The notes beneath the pieces were generated by a model. The model had not been told where the DNA came from. It searched no databases and saw only the letters and a list, made by a program, of their open reading frames with translations. This document shows positions 24,148 to 32,880 of a DNA stretch of 35,069 nucleotides, in pieces; position 1 is the stretch's first letter; each line of letters begins with the position of its first letter. The position numbers were made by a program, and so were the translations under genes. Source of the DNA: Oscillospiraceae bacterium (GTDB taxonomy: Bacteria; Bacillota; Clostridia; Oscillospirales; Oscillospiraceae); the NCBI GenBank assembly GCA_024404735.1, contig JAKSPP010000001.1:1-35069 (forward strand). The letters run 5' to 3'.

Positions 24148-26682
24148 ATGACAAAAACAGGATTAAAGAGGTTTATGTGCCTGCTTCTTGCCGGACTTAT
24201 GCTTCTGTCTCTTTGCGCCTGCGGTAAGGGCGGGGACGATGGAAAGCCTTCAAAAACAGACGGCAAGGGAGAAAAAACCGAAAACACCACGGAAAACGAG
24301 GAAAATCTTGACCCCAACCGCCTCGTTTACACTGCTTCCTATACACCCGTAAAGTTCCCGGAGCAGCTCGGCGGTATGAATTATGTGAATTTCCGTACTG
24401 TAATAAACGGCAAAATGCTTGTAAGCTCTTATGGCGTTGTTGCCGATAATACCCCCGAGGGAGTTACCCCGGAATATGAGGGCGAGTACTGGGAGTACGG
24501 CGATGTTTATTACCTCATCTCCGCTGACGGTACAGTCGAGCCCTTTGAGATGAAGCCGTATAAGTATGAAGGCATTCCCGATAATGCCGAGTACTCCGGC
24601 TGCTATCTCAACACAAGTGCCTTTGCCGATGATGGTACAAGATACGAGTCATATAATGTTTACTGGGAAATCTACACCGGTAAGAGAAATCCCGATGGCT
24701 CTCTTCCCGATGATGCCTGGAATTATATGGATTATCACGATTTCACCATTCTCCGCATAACCGCCCCCGATGGAACCGAGAATGTAATAGACCTCTGTGA
24801 AGCTCTTGACCTCGATTACTGCTATATTAATTCGATTGTTGCCGATGATAATGGAAATGCATATTTCTGCTTTGACACTTCCCTAGTTATGGTAAAATCC
24901 GACGGAACTGCCGCAGTGATTGACGCAGGCGGCGGCTGGGTCGAAGGTCTTATGATGCTTAATGGAAAGCTTGCGGTTTTCTTATACGAAGATTCGGGAA
25001 TGGTTTGCAAATATTATGATGCTGAAAAGGGTACCTTCTCCGACCCCGTAAAGATTCCGAATGATGCCTACAATGCTATTCCCGGAGCAGGCGAGTATGA
25101 TATGTTCATTCAGAACGGAACCAGCTTCTACGGCTATAAGATTGAAACCGGTGAGAAGGATAAAATATTCTCCTGGATGAGCCTTGATGTCGATCCCTAC
25201 AGTGTAGGCAGTATTGTTCCTCAGGAGGACGGAAGCTTTATAACATTCTCTTCTTCCTGGGATGACGATGCAAACGGCGGCAATGGCGGTTACTCTGCCG
25301 ATCTTATCAAAGTTTATCAGTGCCCCGCATCACAGCTTAAGCTTAAAAAATCCATTACCTATGCCTGCAATTATCTCAATTACAGTATTCGTGAAGCAAT
25401 CTTTAAGTTCAATAAGACCAATCCCGATTACAGAATTGAAGTTATAGATTACTCCGAGTACAACACGGATGAGGACTATACCTACGGCATCACCAAGCTC
25501 AAGACGGAAATTATGGCGGGCAAGGTTCCCGATATTATCCAGCTTGATAATCTCCCTGTTTCCACTTTTGAGGACAAGGGCATTCTTGCCGACCTCTATG
25601 AGTTTATGGAAAACGATGCTGAGGTAAACAGGGATACTCTTGTTGCCGATGTCCTTGCCCATCTTGAAAACGACGGACATCTTTACAAAATCTCTCCCGA
25701 CTTCTCTGTCCGTGTATTCTACGGACTTAAAAAGGTTGTCGGCGATAAGCCCGGCTGGTCATATGCAGACTTTGCCGCTGCTTACAGAAAACTCCCCGCA
25801 GGCGCCAATCCTCTGACCAACTGGTACACAAAATTTGATGCATGGCCTCTTATCCTCAATGCAAATATGGCAAAGCTTCTTGATGACGGAACCGGTAAGT
25901 GTGCTTTCGATTCTCAGCTTTATAAAGATACCCTCTCTTTTGTTTCCATGTTCCCCGAAATTTATGACTGGAGCACTGCGGATGGTGTCTACTACGACAA
26001 TGACGTAGATTTCCTCAGGGAAGGAAAGCAGCTTCTCCTTGAACAGCGCTTTTATGATACATGGAGCTATGAGTACTTCATGGCTCAGGCCGGCGATGAA
26101 ATCTGCCCCGTCGGTATCCCCGTATCCGAGGGTGTCGGAAACTTCATTGAGATAAGCAACGGACTTCTCGGCATTTCCGCAGCCTCTCCCTCCAAGGATG
26201 CAGCCTGGGAGTTTGTAAGAAGCCTTCTTACCTACGATTACCAGAGAAGAAATATCTGGAATCTTCCTCTGAATGCCCAGTATTTTGAGGAGAATCTCGA
26301 GCAGCTTACAAGAGTTGATTACGAAATTAATTACGAAACAGGCGAATATCTCCGAGATGAGAACGGTGAGCTTGTAAAAGTTCCCCATGGTTATATCTGG
26401 AATCGCGGTTCCGGAAGCATCGGAATAATGAGAGACGGCGGCATCGACAGTGGAGAGGGTGAAAACATCCCGTATTACGAGATGAGTGCCGAGCAGGTTC
26501 AGGCATTCCGCGATATCATAAAGAATGCCTACGGCCTCTATAACGGCTATATCGATAACGACGAAATCGCAGCCATGATTATGAATGACTCTGCTCCTTA
26601 CTTCGACGGAAGCAAGTCTCTTGACGAAATCGCAAAGATTCTTCAGAGCAAGATGAGCATTTATCTTGCCGAGCAGGAATAA
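24148..26682 (+). CDS. Large lipoprotein: unknown N-terminal domain (~370 aa) fused to an ABC family-1 extracellular solute-binding domain
   Basis: The start is reset to the ATG at 24148, with a GGAGGAA RBS. The lipobox reads LLAGLMLLSLCAC. From nt ~25350 the C-terminal ~440 aa show SBP_bac_1-like motifs (FNKTNPDYRIEVIDYSEY, AGKVPDIIQLDNLPVSTFEDKGILADL). I do not recognise the N-terminal half. Confidence 0.75.
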   Translation: MTKTGLKRFMCLLLAGLMLLSLCACGKGGDDGKPSKTDGKGEKTENTTENEENLDPNRLVYTASYTPVKFPEQLGGMNYVNFRTVINGKMLVSSYGVVADNTPEGVTPEYEGEYWEYGDVYYLISADGTVEPFEMKPYKYEGIPDNAEYSGCYLNTSAFADDGTRYESYNVYWEIYTGKRNPDGSLPDDAWNYMDYHDFTILRITAPDGTENVIDLCEALDLDYCYINSIVADDNGNAYFCFDTSLVMVKSDGTAAVIDAGGGWVEGLMMLNGKLAVFLYEDSGMVCKYYDAEKGTFSDPVKIPNDAYNAIPGAGEYDMFIQNGTSFYGYKIETGEKDKIFSWMSLDVDPYSVGSIVPQEDGSFITFSSSWDDDANGGNGGYSADLIKVYQCPASQLKLKKSITYACNYLNYSIREAIFKFNKTNPDYRIEVIDYSEYNTDEDYTYGITKLKTEIMAGKVPDIIQLDNLPVSTFEDKGILADLYEFMENDAEVNRDTLVADVLAHLENDGHLYKISPDFSVRVFYGLKKVVGDKPGWSYADFAAAYRKLPAGANPLTNWYTKFDAWPLILNANMAKLLDDGTGKCAFDSQLYKDTLSFVSMFPEIYDWSTADGVYYDNDVDFLREGKQLLLEQRFYDTWSYEYFMAQAGDEICPVGIPVSEGVGNFIEISNGLLGISAASPSKDAAWEFVRSLLTYDYQRRNIWNLPLNAQYFEENLEQLTRVDYEINYETGEYLRDENGELVKVPHGYIWNRGSGSIGIMRDGGIDSGEGENIPYYEMSAEQVQAFRDIIKNAYGLYNGYIDNDEIAAMIMNDSAPYFDGSKSLDEIAKILQSKMSIYLAEQE

Positions 26683-26719
26683 TTAATTATTATCAATAAT
26701 AATCTACAATAATGTTTTT

Positions 26720-26758
26720 CTTCACTCAGAAGGCAAAAGCTTTGCCTTCTGAGTGAAG
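26720..26758 (+). promoter_or_regulatory. Perfect 18-bp hairpin after the binding-protein gene (mRNA stabiliser / partial terminator)
   Basis: CTTCACTCAGAAGGCAAA-AGC-TTTGCCTTCTGAGTGAAG. No downstream T-tract. Confidence 0.5.
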
Positions 26759-26805
26759 TGGCGTTACTCCCGAAGGGAAAAATACTTGAAAGGAAGAAAA
26801 GCACA

Positions 26806-27699
26806 ATGGAAAAGAAACTTAAAAGTGCAAAACTGAAAACAAAGCTTCTCGATTATTTCCGAAGTGTCTGCTTCCTTTTTCCCTCTCTTGCGGGAGTGCT
26901 TGTTTTCTTTATTGCCCCCTTTATTGTTGTTGTCTATTATTCCTTGATAGACAACGTAACGGATGGCAGCTTTGTCGGACTGTATAATTTCACAAAGCTC
27001 TTTTCGAATTATGCCTTCCGTCTGGCTGCGAAAAACACACTTCTCTTTTCCGCAACAGCCGTCCCGGCTGCGGTAATTCTTGCAATTGTTCTGGCCCTCA
27101 TGCTTGAGTGCCGTATCCCCTTAAAAAGCTATTTCAGAACCTTCTTTTTAAGCCCCATGATGGTCCCCGTTGCCTCCATTGTTCTTATCTGGCAGGTGCT
27201 TTTCAACAAATACGGAACCGTCAACGAAATTATGCTCCTTTTCGGAAAGGAGCAGATTGACTGGCTCAACAGCGAGTACTGCAGGCTCGTTGTTGTGCTT
27301 CTGTTTCTCTGGAAAAATCTTGGCTATAATATGATTCTTTTCATGGCGGCCATTTCAAATATACCGAAGGAGCTTCTTGAGGTTGCCGATGTTGAAGGAG
27401 CCTCCGGTCTTTACAAATTCTTTCAGATAAAGCTCCGCTATCTCTCACCGACCATTCTCTTCGTTACAATCCTCTCGCTTATAAACTCCTTCAAAATATA
27501 CAGGGAGGTATATCAGCTCTGCGGTGCCTATCCCTATGAGGGTCTTTACACCCTCCAGCACTTTATGAACAATACCTTCTCCTCCCTTGATTATCAGAAG
27601 CTTTCGGCGGCCGCCGTTATTATGGCAATAGCCATGGTAATCATAATCGGCCTTCTCTTCATCGTCGAAAACGCCTTCGGAAAGGATGTGGAGGGATGA
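26806..27699 (+). CDS. ABC transporter permease, MalF/CUT1 type
   Basis: The start is reset to the ATG at 26806. It has six predicted TM segments. The EAA loop reads LEVADVEGASGLYKFFQIKLRYLSP. Confidence 0.85.
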   Translation: MEKKLKSAKLKTKLLDYFRSVCFLFPSLAGVLVFFIAPFIVVVYYSLIDNVTDGSFVGLYNFTKLFSNYAFRLAAKNTLLFSATAVPAAVILAIVLALMLECRIPLKSYFRTFFLSPMMVPVASIVLIWQVLFNKYGTVNEIMLLFGKEQIDWLNSEYCRLVVVLLFLWKNLGYNMILFMAAISNIPKELLEVADVEGASGLYKFFQIKLRYLSPTILFVTILSLINSFKIYREVYQLCGAYPYEGLYTLQHFMNNTFSSLDYQKLSAAAVIMAIAMVIIIGLLFIVENAFGKDVEG

Positions 27700-28571
27700 A
27701 AAAGAAAAGATATTTCGGCAGGGGCGTTATGTTCCTTCTCTGCCTGATTTTCGCCGTAATATTTCTCCTGCCAACGGTGCTGACCATTACAAACTCCTTT
27801 ATGGAGGAGAGCGAAATAAAGTCCAATTACGGAATGATTTTCGGTGCCTCCGGAGGCGGCTATGTCTCCGAGAAGGTTAATCTTAAATTCATCCCCGATA
27901 AGGTAACCCTGAAGCAGTATATGACGGGACTTATTACAACCCCCGATTATCTTCTTAAGTTCTGGAACAGTATTAAACTGACTGTTCCCATAGTAATTTT
28001 CCAGATAGTTATAGCCTCCGTTGCGGCCTACAGCTTCACCCGCTGGAGGGGCAAGGTTCGAAGCTTCCTGTTCTTCTTCTATGTTATTCTGATGCTTATG
28101 CCCTATCAGGTAACTCTTGTTCCGAACTATCTGATAAGCCAGAAGCTGAATATTCTGAATACAGTATGGGCAATTATTCTTCCGGGTATTTTCGCCCCGT
28201 TTTCTGTTTTTCTGCTGACGAAATTTATGAGGCGAATTCCCTATTCCCTTATTGAGGCGGCTATGACAGACGGTGCAAGTGAGGCAAGAATATTCTTCTC
28301 CATCTGTCTTCCCCAGTGCCGCAGTGCAATATTCTCCATCGCAATTCTCGTTTTCGTAGATTACTGGAATATGGTAGAGCAGCCCGTTGTTCTCCTTGAA
28401 AATGCGGAGATGCAGCCCCTTTCCGTATTCCTCTCATCGATAAATCAGTCCGAAATAGGCCTTGCCTTTGCAATGGCAACGGTCTATATGATACCGTCCA
28501 TTCTCATCTTCCTGAAGGGTGAGGCTTACCTCGTTGAGGGTATTGCCCATTCCGGAAGTGTCAAGGGCTAA
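27696..28571 (+). CDS. ABC transporter permease, MalG/CUT1 type
   Basis: 291 aa with an ATGA overlap to the upstream gene. The EAA loop reads LIEAAMTDGASEARIFFSICLPQ. Confidence 0.85.
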   Translation: MKKKRYFGRGVMFLLCLIFAVIFLLPTVLTITNSFMEESEIKSNYGMIFGASGGGYVSEKVNLKFIPDKVTLKQYMTGLITTPDYLLKFWNSIKLTVPIVIFQIVIASVAAYSFTRWRGKVRSFLFFFYVILMLMPYQVTLVPNYLISQKLNILNTVWAIILPGIFAPFSVFLLTKFMRRIPYSLIEAAMTDGASEARIFFSICLPQCRSAIFSIAILVFVDYWNMVEQPVVLLENAEMQPLSVFLSSINQSEIGLAFAMATVYMIPSILIFLKGEAYLVEGIAHSGSVKG

Positions 28572-28598
28572 TGAAAATAAGCTAAAAGGAAGTGCAAA

Positions 28599-30962
28599 AT
28601 GCAGGAAAAAGTAGGAAAAAGAAGCTGGGTTAATATTGTAATCATAGTCTTCCTTATTATTTTGCTTGTCTTAACCTTTTTTTCAAATACAATCCGTAAT
28701 CGTAATCTCTCCGAGTGCACAACCGCAACCGTAGGCTACGGTACCATCGACAGTAAGGTCCGTGGCTCCGGTACAGTTTCCGCAAAGGAGAGCTATGAGC
28801 TCAAGGCCTCCGATACCCGCAAGGTAAAGAGCGTTCTTGTAAATAACGGACAGACTGTCACTGCCGGTGAGGTCCTTCTTGTTCTCGAGGCAGGGGAATC
28901 TTCCGAGCTTGCCGAGGAGGAAGAAACTCTCCGCCAGATGCAGCTTGCCTATCAGCGCTCCGTCATCTCCGCCTTTTCCGCAGACTACACCGTTCAGAAC
29001 AGAGCAATTGAGGAGACCCAGACGGCAATAGACGAGGCCGTGGCCGCCCGCGATGCTATGGATTACCGCCCCGAGTCTGTCTCCGAGCACAAGACAAATC
29101 TTGATAACTCCATCGCAACCAGGGATAAAGCGCAGAATGAGTACGATGCCGCCCAAAGAAAGGTTGATGAGTTTGACCTCCAGATAGGAAGCGAGGGTGA
29201 TGACGGCCTTTATGATATGTGGCAGAAGGCAAAAAAAGAACTCGAAATCGCAAAGCACGAATATGGTGCAGATTATGATGAATTAAAAGAACTTGCCAAA
29301 GACAGAGTATATATTGACGAAGCCAAAACCATAAGCAACTATAAAACCGAAGCTGCTAAGGATAGTTATGCTGCCGGAAAGCTTGATATTTATCTCCCGA
29401 TAGTAGCAAAGGAATTCGTCAATAATACTATTCATCCTTACTATGCTGCATATCTCAATGTTAAGGATGCTCGCGAAGGAAAAACAGATTCAACAGAGGA
29501 AGCTTTAAGAGAGAATTTGACTGATGCAGAAAATGCTCTTTCAGATTATTTGGATTCGAAAGACTACAATGATCTTTTGGCATATGTAAGAGATACTATT
29601 GCCGATAACAAGGAAGAATACGGTATCGATGTTGGGAGCTTAGAAGGAGAAGAACGCGATAAATATCTTGATACTTTTGTTCCCGACTATATTGACGAAA
29701 TAGCCAAATCCGCAATACTCAGTGCGTCAACAAAAAAATACTATGATTCTTATACTGCTTGGAAAGAACTTGAAAAGAAAGTAGCGGATTGTAAGCAAAA
29801 AATAGACGACTTAAATAACAGCACTTCTTCTGTTTCTTCAGCGGAAAGCAATCAGAATTACATTAAACTTGTAAAATTAGCTGAGTCCAGAATGGCAAGA
29901 AAAGGCGATACAGAGGGTGACCTCGAGAAATATATCGAAGCAGAAGCCAAACTGTACAGCAAGGATTATTCTACTGTTTATATAGAAATGTCATCCGCCG
30001 AGTCTGCCGTTGAAAATGCAAGGGACAGCTACTACAACACTATTTCTCCAAGTAACTCCGGTGAGTATAAAAAACTAAAGTCTGCCGCCGATGCAAAAAG
30101 AGCCGTTCTCGATACAGCCACAAGGGATGTCGAGACAAAGCAGACTGCTTACGATAAGGCCGTAGAGACAAAAGAAGAGTATGACGGCTATGTGGCAACG
30201 ATAACCCAGCTGCAGAAGACTCTTGAGGACCAGATTTTCAATCTTGAGCAGCAGCAGAAGGCCGACGGAAAGACTCAGACCCTTGAATGGCTGGATATCA
30301 ATGAGCAGAAGCGTAAGATTGATGAGCAGCAGGCCAAGGTTGATGAGCTTAAGGCCGCCGAAGGTGAGGAAGGGGAAACAGAGATTAAGGCCCCTGTTTC
30401 CGGTGTAATCAGAGAGATTTCCATAGCCCCAGGCAACAAGACAAGCCCCGATGGTATTATTCTCAAGATAGAAATCAAGGATATGGGCTACAGCCTTTCC
30501 TTCAGCGTAACCAATGAGCAGGCCAAGCTCATCCGCAAGGGTGATACCGGTGAACTCACCAATATGTGGTGGGGCGGCAATATATATGCCGAGGTAACGG
30601 ATATAAAGTCCGATCCCCAGAATCCCAGAACAAACAAGATGATTTACTTCTCTGTAACGGGTGATGTTTCCGATGGTGAAACTCTCGACCTCTCCGTTGG
30701 CAGAAGGTCTGCCGAATTTGATTCCGTAGTACCGAAAGCGGCCCTCAAGAGCGATAATAACGGTGATTTCGTCTATGTATGCACACTGAAATCATCTCCT
30801 CTCGGAAACCGCTATATTGCCGAGAGAGTCAGTGTTGAGGTTATTGCCCGTGATGACAGGAACGTTGCAGTATCCGGTGCGCTTGATTACGGTGCCTATG
30901 TTATTGTAAACTCCTCTCTTCCCATTTCAAACGGAAGTCAGGTCCGCCTTGCGGGACAGTAA
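28599..30962 (+). CDS. HlyD/membrane-fusion-protein-family adaptor with an exceptionally long alpha-helical region
   Basis: 787 aa. There is an N-terminal TM (WVNIVIIVFLIILLVLTFF). The split lipoyl-like halves are SYELKASDTRKVKSVLVNNGQTVTAGEVLLVLE and EIKAPVSGVIREISIAPGNK, separated by ~490 residues rich in E/K/A/D/L. A C-terminal beta-barrel-like region follows. Confidence 0.7.
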   Translation: MQEKVGKRSWVNIVIIVFLIILLVLTFFSNTIRNRNLSECTTATVGYGTIDSKVRGSGTVSAKESYELKASDTRKVKSVLVNNGQTVTAGEVLLVLEAGESSELAEEEETLRQMQLAYQRSVISAFSADYTVQNRAIEETQTAIDEAVAARDAMDYRPESVSEHKTNLDNSIATRDKAQNEYDAAQRKVDEFDLQIGSEGDDGLYDMWQKAKKELEIAKHEYGADYDELKELAKDRVYIDEAKTISNYKTEAAKDSYAAGKLDIYLPIVAKEFVNNTIHPYYAAYLNVKDAREGKTDSTEEALRENLTDAENALSDYLDSKDYNDLLAYVRDTIADNKEEYGIDVGSLEGEERDKYLDTFVPDYIDEIAKSAILSASTKKYYDSYTAWKELEKKVADCKQKIDDLNNSTSSVSSAESNQNYIKLVKLAESRMARKGDTEGDLEKYIEAEAKLYSKDYSTVYIEMSSAESAVENARDSYYNTISPSNSGEYKKLKSAADAKRAVLDTATRDVETKQTAYDKAVETKEEYDGYVATITQLQKTLEDQIFNLEQQQKADGKTQTLEWLDINEQKRKIDEQQAKVDELKAAEGEEGETEIKAPVSGVIREISIAPGNKTSPDGIILKIEIKDMGYSLSFSVTNEQAKLIRKGDTGELTNMWWGGNIYAEVTDIKSDPQNPRTNKMIYFSVTGDVSDGETLDLSVGRRSAEFDSVVPKAALKSDNNGDFVYVCTLKSSPLGNRYIAERVSVEVIARDDRNVAVSGALDYGAYVIVNSSLPISNGSQVRLAGQ

Positions 30963-30991
30963 TAAAAATATTTGATTAAGAGCTGATTAAT

Positions 30992-31990
30992 ATGAAGAAA
31001 TTCCCCGTAAAACTTCAGATTGTATCGGGAATCCTGATTATTGCCGCCCTTGTGCTTGTTTATGTGAGAGGAGGCCTCAGCCTTCCCTCAATAACAGCGG
31101 CAGAGCGCTGGAAGGGAGAAAGTGAAAAAGCTTTTTCCCAGATGGCGGTATATTTCCATGAAGGTCTCGGCCCGGATATTCAGGAACTGTATACCTTCCG
31201 CGTTAATCTCGACTCGGAGTACAGTGATAAAAGTGTTGAGGCGGGGGAGAACGAGCGCCTTTACAATGACGCCTGGTGCACCTTCGGGAAAATGACGCTG
31301 TTTTCCGAAAAGGATAAGGTTGAGGCAAGTGTCACCGCCTGCGGAGGAGATTTCTTCTTTTTTCACCCCTATGAGCTTCTTTCGGGTGGCTATTTTTCCG
31401 ATGAGGAACTGTCAAGGGATCTGGTTGTCCTTGATGAGGACCTCGCCTGGCGCCTCTTCGGAGGAGTTGACATTGCCGGGCAGAATGTTATAATAGGCAA
31501 CGATGTTTTTGTTGTTTCCGGCGTAATAAGGCGCGAGGAGGACAAGGCATCAAAGCTCAGCTATGACGGTGGAATGGGCTTCTATATGTCCTATGAGGCC
31601 TACAGGGCAAGAACGGAAGGCTGCAGGGCCGATTGCTATGAGATAGTAATGCATGAGGTGGTCGAGGGCTTTGCCGAAGGCTTCCTTAAGGATAAATTCT
31701 CCTCCGGGCAGGTAATAAACAATTCCGAAAGGCTCTCCTTTTCCGCAGGTGTTAAAACGGCAAAGGCCTTCGGAACCCGTTCGGCTCAGGTCGGAGGAAT
31801 AAGGCTTCCCTACTGGGAGAACGCCGCCCGTTATACCGAGGACTATAACGCCCTGTATTCCGTCCTCATAATTGCTTTGTTTGTTATCCCTGTCCTGACG
31901 GTTCTTTTCGATATTGTTTTCTTTATTGTTCTCGGCTGGAGAAAGGTGAAGACGGCAGTGCGCAGCAGGATAATAGATATTGACTACTGA
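30992..31990 (+). CDS. MacB/FtsX-type periplasmic core domain protein with only two TM helices (no FtsX 4-TM bundle)
   Basis: 332 aa with an N-terminal TM. The segment GGDFFFFHPYELLSGGYFSDEELSRDLVVLDEDLAWRLFGGVDIAGQNVIIGNDVFVVSGVI resembles the MacB_PCD signature. A single C-terminal TM (LYSVLIIALFVIPVLTVLFDIVFFIVLGW) is followed soon by the stop. Confidence 0.55.
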   Translation: MKKFPVKLQIVSGILIIAALVLVYVRGGLSLPSITAAERWKGESEKAFSQMAVYFHEGLGPDIQELYTFRVNLDSEYSDKSVEAGENERLYNDAWCTFGKMTLFSEKDKVEASVTACGGDFFFFHPYELLSGGYFSDEELSRDLVVLDEDLAWRLFGGVDIAGQNVIIGNDVFVVSGVIRREEDKASKLSYDGGMGFYMSYEAYRARTEGCRADCYEIVMHEVVEGFAEGFLKDKFSSGQVINNSERLSFSAGVKTAKAFGTRSAQVGGIRLPYWENAARYTEDYNALYSVLIIALFVIPVLTVLFDIVFFIVLGWRKVKTAVRSRIIDIDY

Positions 31991-32008
31991 TTTTCGGAGC
32001 ATATTGAT

Positions 32009-32713
32009 ATGATTGCAGTAATAGTAAACACGATAACGGTACTCATAGGCGGCTGCCTCGGCCTCTTTCTTCGAAACAAAATTAAAGAGAACATAGTAAA
32101 ATCGGTTATCTGCGCCCTTGCAACCGTTACGATAGTAATAGGCGTTCAGAGTGCAATAAAAAGCTCGGACACTCTCTGCACAATCATTTCAATAGCCTTC
32201 GGAACCATAATCGGTGAACTCATTAAGCTTGATGACTTTTTTGCCTCTGCCGGAGATTTGATTAAGGCGAAGGTTTTAAGGGGCAAAAATGCAGGAGGCC
32301 GTTTCACAGAGGGCTTCGTTTCCGCCTGCATCCTTTTCTGCGTGGGCTCAATGACAATAATGGGCTCCTTTGAGGCAGGCATTAATAAGAACTATGACAT
32401 AATCTTTGCAAAGAGCACTCTGGACTTCTTCTCCTCCACGATGTTCGGCGCTGCTATGGGAGTCGGTGTTCCCTTTGCGGCGGTTTTCGTTCTTGTTTTT
32501 CAGGGCGCCCTTACTCTCCTTGCCGGAACCCTTTCCGGCGTGCTCAGTCCCGAAGTTGTAATCGAAATGAGCGCCGTCGGCGGATGTATTCTCATTGCAA
32601 TGGGAATCAATATGTTTGAATTGTCGGACAGAAGAATTAAGGTTGCGAATATGCTCCCCGGTGTATTCATGCCCCTTATTTATCTGCCCATTGCAAAGCT
32701 CCTCGGCGCATAA
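32009..32713 (+). CDS. DUF554 (YqgA/YdfK-like) integral membrane protein
   Basis: 234 aa, polytopic. The start MIAVIVNTITVLIGGCLGLFLRNKI and the GS.T..G..EAG pattern are typical of DUF554. Confidence 0.7.
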   Translation: MIAVIVNTITVLIGGCLGLFLRNKIKENIVKSVICALATVTIVIGVQSAIKSSDTLCTIISIAFGTIIGELIKLDDFFASAGDLIKAKVLRGKNAGGRFTEGFVSACILFCVGSMTIMGSFEAGINKNYDIIFAKSTLDFFSSTMFGAAMGVGVPFAAVFVLVFQGALTLLAGTLSGVLSPEVVIEMSAVGGCILIAMGINMFELSDRRIKVANMLPGVFMPLIYLPIAKLLGA

Positions 32714-32730
32714 AATTTGCTTAAATAGAA

Positions 32731-32764
32731 GCACTCTGCAGTAAAACCGCAGGGTGCTTTTTTA
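32731..32764 (+). terminator. Intrinsic terminator closing the 24148-32713 gene block
   Basis: GCACTCTGC..GCAGGGTGC forms a 9-bp stem followed by T7. Confidence 0.65.
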
Positions 32765-32780
32765 TAAAAAACATAATAAT

Positions 32781-32809
32781 TTGACAAAGGCTTTCTGAAG
32801 TATTATAAT
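32781..32809 (+). promoter_or_regulatory. Perfect-consensus SigA promoter
   Basis: TTGACA (32781-32786), exactly 17 nt, then TATAAT (32804-32809). Confidence 0.7.
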
Positions 32810-32880
32810 GATTTCGCATTTTTTAAAAAAGTAAAATCGAGGGGGAATACCCTTCAAAAATAATAATTGGAGGAAATGAT

